From assembly GCA_963841915.1 (NCBI GenBank), contig CAWJEN010000005.1, positions 1,152,001-1,216,000 of the forward strand: a DNA stretch of 64,000 nt, given 5' to 3'. The notes beneath the pieces are model-generated. The model worked only from the letters and a program-made list of their open reading frames with translations. It searched no databases and was not told where the DNA came from. This document shows positions 1 to 9,500 of this stretch, piece after piece. A program made the translations under genes and the position numbers. The first letter of the stretch is position 1, and every line of letters begins with the position of its first letter. The stretch comes from an uncultured Planctomycetota bacterium (GTDB taxonomy: Bacteria > Planctomycetota > Phycisphaerae > Tepidisphaerales > Tepidisphaeraceae).

Positions 1-3000
1 GACGCCGGCACGATGAGCGTCTGGGTTGAAGCCGGTGACGATCAGACGCAACCGACGCCCGTCGCCGTCGTTCGACGTCCCAAGCTGCTTGCCGCAACGC
101 TCGACGTTACTCCACCGCCGTATGTCCGTGATGCAGCGCGTCGTACGAGCGATCTGCTCGAAGGCCCGGCAACCGTTGGTGTCGGTTCCGAGCTGACGAT
201 GAGCCTGCGATTCAGTAAGGCGTTGCAGTCGACCACGCCGACATTGCTCGCCGCGGGTGAGGCGGCTTTGCCGTCGCTTTCGTGGCGGGTTGTCGAGCCG
301 GGGCTGCTGGCGGCGACCTTCACCGCCGACCAAACGCTGCGGTTTAGTGTTTCAGCCGTCGGCGTCGACGGCTTTGAATCGGACGCTTCACCGACGCTTG
401 AAGCCATCGTCAGGCCCGACACGGCTCCAACGGTTCAGATTGACGAACCGCGTCGCAACGAAAGCCGCACCGCAGAGGCCGTCGTGCCGTTGCAGGTAAC
501 CGCGACTGATGACTTCGGCCTGACGGCCGTCGACCTCGTGGTGGAGAAGCTCGCCCCGGCCGGTACCGACGGCGGCTGGATGACCAACATCCCGCTCCTC
601 GACGTGGCTGACGTCACACGTGAAAGCCTTGCCACCGGTCAGGGCGAACGATCGCGTCTCGCCTACGGCTGGCGTCTTTCACAACTTGCTCAGTCGATGG
701 ACGACGAGCTGGAGCCCGGTGACGTGCTGGAGTTTTACGCTCAGGCGACCGACAACTATCTCCTCAACGGCCAGACGCACGAGGCGGTGACGAGCGGCCG
801 GCTGCGGCTGACGATCATCAGCCAGCAAGAGCTCAACCGTCGCGCGATCGGCACGCTGCAGTCGATCAAGGACGATGTCGCCTCCACCCGCAAGCGGCAG
901 GCGGCGACGCGTCGCGAGACCAAGGCGTGGGCGGAACAGGTTGCAGACAAGAGCGAGCTTGACGCGGCTGATCGTGAGGCGGCTGAGCGGCTGAGTCGTC
1001 GGCAGTCGCGTGAAGCCGCCGCCGCCAAGCGATTGGCCGAGCAGGCGGCCGAGCTTCAGGAACAGCTCGAAGAGAACAACGCAGAGAGCGACGATCTGAC
1101 ACGCCTCGCCGAGCGCGTCGCAGACGATCTGGAAGAGACGGCTGAAGGCGTGATGCGTCGGGCGGCCTCGGAAATCGATCAGGCTCGCCGGGCCGAAGAG
1201 GCGACCGAGCGATCGCGTCAGGCCGACTCGGCCGCTGAGAATCAGCAAGAGGCCGACGAGCGGCTTGAAGCGGTGATGGAGCAGATGGAGGCGATCGGCA
1301 CGCTGCGTCAGGCGATCGATGACATCAGCGAGTTGCTGGAACAACAAAAAGACGTCGGGGAACGCGCTGCCGAGCTTGCCGGTCGCAACGTCGGTCAGGA
1401 AGCCGGTGAGATGAGCGAGGCCGATCAGGCCGAGGCCGAAGAACTCGCCGCCGAGCAGGAACGGCTCGCCGATGCCGTCGAAGAGGCCCTTGAGCAGCTT
1501 GAAGAGCAAGCCGGTGAGCAGCCTGCTGACCAGGAGGAACAGGACGCGACGGCCGAGGCCATGCGTGACGCCGCTCAAGCTGGTCGTCAACAGAACGTGC
1601 CCGGTCAGCAGCGACAGGCCGCCGAGTCGACGCGGAACAACCAGCGTCAGCAAGGTCAGCAAGCCAGGCAGCAGGCGGAGATTGGCCTGGAGATCATCCT
1701 GAACGAACTTCGCGACGCCGAGCGTGAGCAGTTGCGGCAGCTACAGCGCGAGCTTGCTGAGCTGCGAGATCAGATCGAGCGGCTGGCCCGACTGCAAGCC
1801 GGGCACAATGCCGACAACCTTTCGATTCGCGGCATCGAGGCAGAGCAGGTCACGCTGCTGCTCGAAGCGGCCGGGCGAAACGCCGACCAGGCGGTGGAGG
1901 CGACTGTCGGTCGTCTGTCCGCCGGTCAGGAGCAAAGCGAGCGGAACGCGCGGGACCTGGCCCGCACGGCAGATGAGTCGGCAGATGACGGTGGCGCGAC
2001 GGCCGACCTGCTCACACGGGCGGCGCTTGAAATGGAGCGGGCGGCGGTGGCCATTCGTCGTGACGACCTGCTCGGCGCATACGAGCCGCCGCAGGTGCGG
2101 GCGCTGGAGACGCTTCGCCAAGCCGCCGAAGCCGCGGCCGCGGAGCAGGAGCGGATCCAGCAGGAAATCGAAGAACAGCAACGCGAGGCCATCCGCCAAC
2201 GCCTCATCTCGTTGCGGGACGAGCAAGTGGCCGACGTCAACACGCCGACCACGACACTTGCAGATGCCGCGGCGGCCGGTGAACTCAACCGACGCGAGCG
2301 ACTGACGCCCCGTGCCACGCTCGCCCCGCGGCAAGGCGAACTGGCGGATGAATTAGCAGACGTGACGCTCGCGCTCGGCGAGGCCGGTGGCACCGTCTTC
2401 GTCTACGCCGGCGAGCGGGTGAATGCCGAGATGCTGAAGGTGCAGGAGCGGCTCGTCGCCCTCGACACCGCTGAAGACACGCAACTGTTGCAGCAGAGCG
2501 TCGTCGCAGGTCTAACCGACCTAATCGACTCGCTCGAGCTGGAGATGAACGAGCAAAGGTTCGACCGCAACAGCCAACCCGAGGGCGAAGGCGAAGCAGG
2601 CGGTGGTGGCGGCGAACAGTCGCCACCTTTGCCACCGGCTGCCGAGATCAAGCTTTTCTCGAAGCTGCAGGCGAGTGTGAACGAGCGGACGAAGGCCGAT
2701 GATGCCGACGCGGCTGCGCTGGGGCAAGAGCAGGGCGAGCTTCGTGCCGTGCTCGACGCGATGCTCCAGAAGGCCAGCAAAGGCCAACTACGGTTCAGGT
2801 CCGAGCCGGCGATCGACACGTTGCTACCGGAAGAAGCGGCAGGCGAAGCTCCGCGAGACGTCGAAGAGGAACTTGACGAGCGAGAGCTGCTTGAGGACCT
2901 ATTGGGCGATGCTGCCGTCGCTCCGCCACCCGGTGAAGTGGCTGGCGACGCCGACGCTCCGGTCGGCGATGCGAGCGTGACCCGCCTCGGTGACTATCTC

Positions 3001-3495
3001 GCCCGCGCCCGGCAGCGACTGACCGAGCTGGACGATGCAGGCCCGGTGACGCAGGCGGTGCAGGAACGCATCGTCGTCGAGCTCGACGCTTTGGCTCAGC
3101 AGTCGCAGAACCAGGCTCAGCAGAGCAGCTCCTCGTCGGCAGCCGGTAAGCCCGGTCAGCCGCAACCGGGGCAGCCAGGGTCGCCACGTGGCGTGCAGCA
3201 ACAGCCCGGCCAGCCGGCGGGCCAGCCGAATCAACCCGGCCAGCCCGCCGGTCAGCAGCCAGGCCAACCTGAACCCGGCCAAAGCAACCAGGGTGACGAG
3301 CAAAACGGCGAGGGCCCAGCAGCGGGTGAGGCAGACTTGTCGAGCGAACTCGAAGAAACGCTGGCCGAGTGGGGCAACCTCACACCTCGCGAGCGGCAGG
3401 CGATTCTCGACACCAAGACGGATCGGCCGCTGGAGTCTTACCGTGAACTGGTCGAGGCTTTCAACCGGGCACTGAGCGAAAAGGAAGACGAATGA
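1..3495 (+). CDS. Large coiled-coil protein (DUF4175-like) with Ig-like N-terminal part and Gln/Gly/Pro-rich C-terminal linker; 5' end lies outside the window
   Basis: Frame open from base 1. PDTAPTV..ATDDFGL..LEPGDVLEFYAQATD motifs, long E/Q/A/R helical region, C-terminal WGNLTPRERQAI..YRELVEAFNRALS typical of PVC DUF4175-like proteins. ATGA overlap with the next gene. Confidence 0.65.
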   Translation, partial: DAGTMSVWVEAGDDQTQPTPVAVVRRPKLLAATLDVTPPPYVRDAARRTSDLLEGPATVGVGSELTMSLRFSKALQSTTPTLLAAGEAALPSLSWRVVEPGLLAATFTADQTLRFSVSAVGVDGFESDASPTLEAIVRPDTAPTVQIDEPRRNESRTAEAVVPLQVTATDDFGLTAVDLVVEKLAPAGTDGGWMTNIPLLDVADVTRESLATGQGERSRLAYGWRLSQLAQSMDDELEPGDVLEFYAQATDNYLLNGQTHEAVTSGRLRLTIISQQELNRRAIGTLQSIKDDVASTRKRQAATRRETKAWAEQVADKSELDAADREAAERLSRRQSREAAAAKRLAEQAAELQEQLEENNAESDDLTRLAERVADDLEETAEGVMRRAASEIDQARRAEEATERSRQADSAAENQQEADERLEAVMEQMEAIGTLRQAIDDISELLEQQKDVGERAAELAGRNVGQEAGEMSEADQAEAEELAAEQERLADAVEEALEQLEEQAGEQPADQEEQDATAEAMRDAAQAGRQQNVPGQQRQAAESTRNNQRQQGQQARQQAEIGLEIILNELRDAEREQLRQLQRELAELRDQIERLARLQAGHNADNLSIRGIEAEQVTLLLEAAGRNADQAVEATVGRLSAGQEQSERNARDLARTADESADDGGATADLLTRAALEMERAAVAIRRDDLLGAYEPPQVRALETLRQAAEAAAAEQERIQQEIEEQQREAIRQRLISLRDEQVADVNTPTTTLADAAAAGELNRRERLTPRATLAPRQGELADELADVTLALGEAGGTVFVYAGERVNAEMLKVQERLVALDTAEDTQLLQQSVVAGLTDLIDSLELEMNEQRFDRNSQPEGEGEAGGGGGEQSPPLPPAAEIKLFSKLQASVNERTKADDADAAALGQEQGELRAVLDAMLQKASKGQLRFRSEPAIDTLLPEEAAGEAPRDVEEELDERELLEDLLGDAAVAPPPGEVAGDADAPVGDASVTRLGDYLARARQRLTELDDAGPVTQAVQERIVVELDALAQQSQNQAQQSSSSSAAGKPGQPQPGQPGSPRGVQQQPGQPAGQPNQPGQPAGQQPGQPEPGQSNQGDEQNGEGPAAGEADLSSELEETLAEWGNLTPRERQAILDTKTDRPLESYRELVEAFNRALSEKEDE
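3100..3295 (+). repeat. Low-complexity GQP/QPG peptide repeats (cagcccggc/ggccag-type units) inside the CDS
   Basis: Translation QQSQNQAQQSSSSSAAGKPGQPQPGQPGSPRGVQQQPGQPAGQPNQPGQPAGQQPGQPEPGQSNQG. Confidence 0.7.
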
Positions 3496-4529
3496 AGCGA
3501 CTTGCCCCACTGTTGTTCGTCGGCCTCGCCGCATTGGCGGTGCCAGCGGTCCTCGCACAGCCGGCTGAAGACGAGCCGACGGTTCGCGGCGATGAGATCA
3601 CGCCGGAGCTGACAGCCTCCGTCGACAAAGGCCTTGCTTGGCTCGCTGCGGCGCAGCAGGAAGACGGCTCGTTCGACAACCGCGGCGGCACGGCGGTAAC
3701 GAGCGTGGCCGCGATCGCATTCATGTCAGCCGGCCACCTGCCGGGCCGCGGCGAATACGGGCAAGTCGTCGCCAAGGCCGTCGACAACGTGCTCGCCAGC
3801 GCAGAACCCAGTGGCCTGCTCGTCGGTCGTAACTCCGGCGGGAACATGTACCACCACGGCTTTGCCACGCTTCTGCTCGGCGAGGTGTACGGCATGACCG
3901 GTGACGACCGCGTGCAGGAGCCGTTGCGGCGGGCAATCCGGCTCATCGAGCAGAGTCAGAACCCGCAAGGCGGTTGGCGGTATCAGCCGGTGCCCGTAGA
4001 CGCGGATGTGAGTGTGACGATCCTGCAGGTGATGGCCCTACGTGCCGCTCGAGATGCGGGGATCAAGGTCGAGAAGCGTGTCATCGACGACGCCGTCGCT
4101 TACGTCAAGGCGTGCCAGAACCCCGACGGCGGCTTCAACTACATGCTCGGCAGCGGTCGAAGCAGCGAGTTCCCGCGGTCGGCGGCGGGTGTGGCGACGC
4201 TCTACTACGCAGGCATCAGCGAAGGCGAAGCGATCGACAGCGGGTTGGCGTACCTCATGCAGAGCCTGCCGGGTCGGACTCTTCAAGGTCGCGATCGACA
4301 CTACTTCTACGGGCAGTATTACGCGGCGCAGGCCATGTTCCTCGCCGGCGGTGACTACTGGGCGACGTGGTTCCCGGCGGTCCGAGCCGAATTGCTCAGC
4401 CGCCAATCCGAAAACGGCCGGTGGCAAAGCAACCACGGCGACGCCTACGGCACAGCCATGTCGCTGATCGTCCTGCAGCTTCCCAATCGATATCTGCCTG
4501 TCTTCAGCGGAAAAGGCCAAGGCTCTTGA
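3492..4529 (+). CDS. Secreted prenyltransferase/squalene-oxidase-repeat (alpha/alpha toroid) protein
   Basis: Signal peptide; QW-like repeats QQEDGSF, QNPQGGWRY, QNPDGGFNY, QSENGRW; HYFYGQYYAAQAMF. Confidence 0.85.
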   Translation: MKRLAPLLFVGLAALAVPAVLAQPAEDEPTVRGDEITPELTASVDKGLAWLAAAQQEDGSFDNRGGTAVTSVAAIAFMSAGHLPGRGEYGQVVAKAVDNVLASAEPSGLLVGRNSGGNMYHHGFATLLLGEVYGMTGDDRVQEPLRRAIRLIEQSQNPQGGWRYQPVPVDADVSVTILQVMALRAARDAGIKVEKRVIDDAVAYVKACQNPDGGFNYMLGSGRSSEFPRSAAGVATLYYAGISEGEAIDSGLAYLMQSLPGRTLQGRDRHYFYGQYYAAQAMFLAGGDYWATWFPAVRAELLSRQSENGRWQSNHGDAYGTAMSLIVLQLPNRYLPVFSGKGQGS

Positions 4530-5683
4530 AATACCTGCTGATCACAACGCTCCTGCTGTCGTCGCTTTCGGTTAGCGGGCAAACCGAGTTCGAGGTATTC
4601 ACCTCGGCTGACGGTGGTCTCCATGTCGTCACCGGCACATTGGAAACGCTTGTTCTCGACGCTGAAGCATCGACGGCCACACTCGACCTTGCCGCGATAA
4701 ACAGCGACCTGGTGATGCTGCAACGCGTCGGTGGCGAGCCGGTTGTTGCCGACGCTGCAATCGTGCACCGGCTCATGACGCGGAACGGCGAGTCGATGTC
4801 GGGCCGCCTTCTGGGCTCGAATGGCGAGACGCTGCGGTTCCAGGACGCGCTGTACCTCGACGTCGTGGTCGTTCCGCTTGATGAAGTCGTGGCCGTAACG
4901 GCGATGGATAGGCAGGTGCCACATGGGCCGCGGCCGTCTTCGGACGAAGCAATTTTATCCAACGGCGATCGTGTGACCGGCTTCTTTCTGGAAGCCGTCG
5001 AAGATGCCGTTGTCTTCGAGAGCGATGCCGGAACCGAGGTTCGCGTGCCGATAGACGCGTTGACATCGCTCCGTCTGGCCGATGTCGGTTCGCCGGAGAT
5101 TCAGCAATCTGCCGATGCAACGCCCAATGCACGCGTTCGGCTCGTTGGCGGGGTGACGCTGCTGGTGAAGTCGCTGCGGGTGAGTGGCGACCAGATGAGC
5201 TTCGTTCGGGGCACGACGTCTTACACTAAACCGGCCTCAGCCCTGCTCGCCGCCGAGCCTATCGATGCGGGCGTGACCTGGATGGCTGATCTGGCACCAA
5301 CGGAGGCGACGCATCAACCCTATTTGTCGGCCTTTTCGCCGCCTCACCTTGTCGGCGGATTGACCGCATCCGGGCAGTCGCGGTCGATTGTGGTGCGTCC
5401 GCGTGGTAGCGTTGCGTTTGAAGTCCCTGCCGGAGACGTCGAACGACTGGTCATGCGTGTGCGGATCGAAAACGAGACGGCAAGGTTGGCCAACGCAGAC
5501 GTTCGCGTGCTTGTAGACGGCACGGTGGCATTTGAGCGGCTTTCGCTCGCTGCCGCGGACGGCACCATCGACGTCGCGGCGGATGTGAAGCCCGGGCAGA
5601 CCGTCACCCTCGCCGTCGACTACGGGCAGAACCTCGACGTCGAAGACGCGGTGGTGTTTATTCGGCCGGCCTTCCTGCCGTGA
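4526..5683 (+). CDS. Exported protein with C-terminal NPCBM/NEW2-like carbohydrate-binding domain
   Basis: TTG start overlapping the upstream TGA; signal peptide; repeated NGD/E-x-x-x-G beta motifs; C-terminal VRVLVDG..TLAVDYGQNLDVEDAVVFIRP. Confidence 0.65.
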   Translation: MKYLLITTLLLSSLSVSGQTEFEVFTSADGGLHVVTGTLETLVLDAEASTATLDLAAINSDLVMLQRVGGEPVVADAAIVHRLMTRNGESMSGRLLGSNGETLRFQDALYLDVVVVPLDEVVAVTAMDRQVPHGPRPSSDEAILSNGDRVTGFFLEAVEDAVVFESDAGTEVRVPIDALTSLRLADVGSPEIQQSADATPNARVRLVGGVTLLVKSLRVSGDQMSFVRGTTSYTKPASALLAAEPIDAGVTWMADLAPTEATHQPYLSAFSPPHLVGGLTASGQSRSIVVRPRGSVAFEVPAGDVERLVMRVRIENETARLANADVRVLVDGTVAFERLSLAAADGTIDVAADVKPGQTVTLAVDYGQNLDVEDAVVFIRPAFLP

Positions 5684-5687
5684 GAGG

Positions 5688-6155
5688 TCAGGCCCTGTTG
5701 AGGCCCGGCAGATTGCCGCGGAGCATCAGGTCGAGGACGCCGAGAAGTTGATCAGGATCGCAAGGCTTCTCGAGCAAAGGCGGTAGTTCTTCGACCTTCG
5801 ACTCCCGCATGAGCGACTGGATCTCTGCCGCAGACAGACCGGTCAGCAGCACCAGTGGCAGGCTCTTGCGATGCTCTTGGATGTATTCGAGAGCAACGAA
5901 GCCGTCTGAGCCGGTCATGTGCAAGTCGAGCACGAGGGCGTCGATGCGGGTCTCCTTAAGCCGCTGTACGGCCATTTTGCCGTCGTTGGCGAGTTCAACG
6001 CGGTAACCGCTGAGCTTAAGGATCTGGCCGAGCGCGTGCCTGGCACCGGCATCGTCATCGGCGACGAGAACAGTCCGCGGCGGCGGAGACCCTGAGCTGT
6101 CGATTGAATCGGCCGACGCCGTTTCAGCCTCATCGGTAACTAAACGCATCGGCAT
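5688..6155 (-). CDS. Single-domain response regulator (receiver)
   Basis: VLVADDD, LVLDLHM (phospho-Asp), LLTG and EKP motifs; start codon uncertain. Confidence 0.85.
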   Translation of the reverse strand: MPMRLVTDEAETASADSIDSSGSPPPRTVLVADDDAGARHALGQILKLSGYRVELANDGKMAVQRLKETRIDALVLDLHMTGSDGFVALEYIQEHRKSLPLVLLTGLSAAEIQSLMRESKVEELPPLLEKPCDPDQLLGVLDLMLRGNLPGLNRA

Positions 6156-6246
6156 GCACCAGGACAATACCCAGATTCCGCACAATCTGTCACCGTCCGT
6201 TCCCTCCGCGACGCCGACGAGCCTGCCGAGGCCCTAAGACTAAGTC

Positions 6247-8733
6247 ATGAGTCGCCCGTCCGATGCAGTTGACAGCCACGAAATGGTCCGTGAGCAAATC
6301 CTTCAAGCGGTTAAGGGCGAGGGGTATGTACCCTTGCGCCCACGCCAGCTCGCCCGGGCCATTGCGGCCGTTGAGGGTGAACCTGACGACGGTATCGCTG
6401 ACTACGGCACGTTCCGCGGTGCGCTCAAGGATCTCATGGCCGATGGCGACGTCGTCCTGGGCAGCGGTGGAAGCGTCCTCGTGCCGGCAAGCCGCGTCGG
6501 TGACAACGAACTCATCGGATCGTACCGCGCCAACCCAAAAGGGTTCGGGTTTGTCATTCCTCAGGAGCAGGGCAGCCACGAGGATCTCTTCATCCCGCCG
6601 GGCAAGAACAACGGGGCCATGACGGGCGACGTCGTGCGGAGCAAGATCATTCCGGCCGGTATGCGGGACGGCAAGAAGATGTTCGAGGGCCGCGTGCTCG
6701 AGGTCATCGAGCGTCAGAACACGCAAATCGTCGGCACCGTCGGCAAGATGGAGGGCAAATGGTTTGTCTTCTCCGACGGCAAAAAAGGCCCTGAGCCGAT
6801 CCACATCCCCGATGCCGGCAGCAAGTATGTCCAGCCGGGGCAAAAAGTCATCGTCGAGCTGACCCAGTTCGGTGGCGACCGCGTCGCGCCGCAGGGTGTC
6901 ATCACGAAGGTGCTGGGCGATCCGTCGGATAAAGACGTCGATCTGCAGAGCGCCATCGTGCAGTTTGGCCTCCCGGGCGAGTTCCCCGACCAGGTCGTCG
7001 ACGAGGCGGCCAAGGTCTCACGCGAGTTCAAGCCCGAGGCCGAGATCGCCAAGCGGGTCGACATGACCGGCGAGCTCATCTGCACGATCGACCCTGACGA
7101 CGCCAAGGACTACGACGATGCCATCAGCCTCAGCCGCACCGAGGACGGCCTCTACAAGCTGGGCGTTCACATTGCCGATGTAAGCTACTTCGTCAAAACC
7201 GGCTCCATCCTCGACGAAGAAGCGTACAAACGTGGCAACAGCACCTACTTCCCGGGCCATGTCATCCCGATGCTGCCCGAAGTGCTCAGCAACGGCGTCT
7301 GCTCGCTCGTCGAGGCCCAACCGCGGCTGGTCAAGAGCGCCTTCATCTGGCTCGACCCGCGTAACGGCCGCCCCGTGCGAACCGCCTTCAGCAACTCTGT
7401 CATCAACTCTTTCAAGCGGCTTCGCTACGAAGAGGCCCAGGACCTTATCGACGGCAAGGAAGAGATCACGCACCCCGAGGGCACCCGCAAGAGAAGCGAC
7501 TACGACCCCAAGCTGCTCGACCAGTTACGCGACATGAACGAGCTGGCCCGCGCAATGCAGAAGCGTCGCAAGGCGGACGGCCAGATCAACCTGAGCATCC
7601 CGAGCGTCGACCTGAAGCTCGACGACGCCGGAAAGGTCATCGGGGCCGAGCCGGAGGACGATTCGTTCACGCACACGCTCATCGAGATGTTCATGGTCGA
7701 GGCCAACGAGGCCGTGGCGCGGCTGTTCAGCGGCATGGGTGTACCGCACATTCGGCGAATCCACCCCGGTCCCGACGGTGACGGTGAGGAACGGCTCAAG
7801 CACTTTGCGATGAGTGCCGGCCACAACATTCCGGAACTGATGGACCGCCATGCCATCCAGGCGTTGCTCGCCAGTGTCAAGGGCACGCCCGAGGAGTTCG
7901 CGGTGAACCTTGCCGTCTTGCGCAGCATCAGCCAGGCGAAGTACTCGCCGAAGATGATGGGCCACTTCGCCCTGGCCAGCGACCACTACAGCCACTTCAC
8001 GAGCCCAATTCGACGTTACGCCGACCTGATGATTCACCGGCTGCTCGACCGCTACTTCGAGGTCATGCGTGCCGACTTTGCCCACGAGGGGCCGCTGCGT
8101 CCACCGGCGAGCGACGAGAAGGAAGCCGTTGGCAAGGCTATGAGCGACATGCCTTCGGCAGAGGAACTCGAAGATATTGGCAGTTTCATTAGCTACACCG
8201 AGCGTCGCAGCGAGTCGGCAGAGCGCGAGCTGCGTGCCGTCAAGGTGCTGCAATTGCTCGCCGACGAGCACGTCGGTGAGGAGTTCAAGGGCGTCGTCAC
8301 TGGCATCACGAATTTCGGCCTCTTTATCCAGATCGAGACGTATCTGGCCGAGGGCCTTGTGCGGTATCCGGACCTGCTCGACGACTGGTGGGACGTTGAT
8401 GCCAAGGCGGGCGTTATCCGCGGGCAAAAGGACGGCACGGTCATTCGCATCGGCGACGTCGTCAAGACGCAGATCGTTCGCGTTGACGTGCCCAAGCGAG
8501 AGCTCGACATGGTCGTGCTGAGCGTCCTGACCCGTGGCAAGGGTGGGACGGGCAAGGTCAAGGCCCAGGAGAAAGCCGACGCCGCCAAGGCCAAGCCGAC
8601 GGCCAAGTTCGGCGACGTCGCCGGTGGGCTCGAGTCGAAGAAGGCAAGAACCGGCGGTGACAAACGGGCCGCCCGCAGCCAACGTAGAGACTCCCGCGGC
8701 AAGCATCGCGGCAAGCTCGACAACAAGAAATAA
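6247..8733 (+). CDS. rnr: Ribonuclease R (VacB/RNase II family)
   Basis: KGFGFV cold-shock domain, TIDPDDAKDYDDA, LIEMFMVEAN, HFTSPIRRYADL, S1 domain, basic C-terminal tail. Confidence 0.93.
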   Translation: MSRPSDAVDSHEMVREQILQAVKGEGYVPLRPRQLARAIAAVEGEPDDGIADYGTFRGALKDLMADGDVVLGSGGSVLVPASRVGDNELIGSYRANPKGFGFVIPQEQGSHEDLFIPPGKNNGAMTGDVVRSKIIPAGMRDGKKMFEGRVLEVIERQNTQIVGTVGKMEGKWFVFSDGKKGPEPIHIPDAGSKYVQPGQKVIVELTQFGGDRVAPQGVITKVLGDPSDKDVDLQSAIVQFGLPGEFPDQVVDEAAKVSREFKPEAEIAKRVDMTGELICTIDPDDAKDYDDAISLSRTEDGLYKLGVHIADVSYFVKTGSILDEEAYKRGNSTYFPGHVIPMLPEVLSNGVCSLVEAQPRLVKSAFIWLDPRNGRPVRTAFSNSVINSFKRLRYEEAQDLIDGKEEITHPEGTRKRSDYDPKLLDQLRDMNELARAMQKRRKADGQINLSIPSVDLKLDDAGKVIGAEPEDDSFTHTLIEMFMVEANEAVARLFSGMGVPHIRRIHPGPDGDGEERLKHFAMSAGHNIPELMDRHAIQALLASVKGTPEEFAVNLAVLRSISQAKYSPKMMGHFALASDHYSHFTSPIRRYADLMIHRLLDRYFEVMRADFAHEGPLRPPASDEKEAVGKAMSDMPSAEELEDIGSFISYTERRSESAERELRAVKVLQLLADEHVGEEFKGVVTGITNFGLFIQIETYLAEGLVRYPDLLDDWWDVDAKAGVIRGQKDGTVIRIGDVVKTQIVRVDVPKRELDMVVLSVLTRGKGGTGKVKAQEKADAAKAKPTAKFGDVAGGLESKKARTGGDKRAARSQRRDSRGKHRGKLDNKK

Positions 8734-8751
8734 GCTTGGCCGCGCCGACCT

Positions 8752-9282
8752 CTATTCGGCGGTCACACGCGGTGGTTTGGGGTCGCGGGCGCCCTGCGTG
8801 CTGAACGTCTTGAGATAGCTGACCCACATCGCACTCAGGCCGTGCTCGAAAGCACCGGTCACCAGCAGGTCGAGGTAATTCTGTGTCGGCGGGATGTGGA
8901 AAGCTTCCTGCTGGACGCCTTGGTACGTCATTGCCTTCATTGTCGGGCCGCGACCGAGCGGGCGGACGACGACGTTGATCTTCTTGTAGACGCCGGTCTC
9001 CGTGCCGCCGTCTTCGACGTGGCGGCGGACCTTGGCGTCGAGCGTCTCCCAGTCGCTCTCGCCGAGCTCGAACACCGCGCCGCTGACGCTTTTACCCGGC
9101 TCGGGAACGATGTCAGCCGTCCCGCCGCCCCAGTATTCGCTGAAGACCGGGAACGCAAGCCGGTAGTTATCGAGGATGGCCGGCCGTCCCCCTCGCAAGG
9201 CTGGCGGCTTGTGCCCGTAGTGCCTGGCCCAGTCGGCGACACTTCGGTAATTGAGGTTGGAGCCGTAGGCGAAGTAAAGCAT
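8752..9282 (-). CDS. Gamma-glutamylcyclotransferase family protein
   Basis: N-terminal YFAYGSNL motif; ADIVP..GAVFEL; PPTQNYL..GAFEHGL. Confidence 0.85.
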   Translation of the reverse strand: MLYFAYGSNLNYRSVADWARHYGHKPPALRGGRPAILDNYRLAFPVFSEYWGGGTADIVPEPGKSVSGAVFELGESDWETLDAKVRRHVEDGGTETGVYKKINVVVRPLGRGPTMKAMTYQGVQQEAFHIPPTQNYLDLLVTGAFEHGLSAMWVSYLKTFSTQGARDPKPPRVTAE

Positions 9283-9500
9283 AAAGGACGCGGCGGCTGG
9301 GTTCAGCAGGTGGTGGATCCGCAACCGTCCTACGCCCTTACGACGCAGACGTTCGAAGTTGCTGCGGAACATAGGTAAGGGGCAGACGGACTAGCCATCC
9401 GACCTTCAGGAAACATGCCGCTCACGACGCTCTTGACGCAGCTTTTAGTGTAAGGCGTTGCTGCTTGGTTGCCTTTGCGCGGAGTGGCGACGATAACGCC

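Noticed and set aside
3492..4529. Squalene-hopene cyclase / terpene biosynthetic cluster
   Set aside because: Too short (345 aa), has a signal peptide and lacks the DxDD motif.
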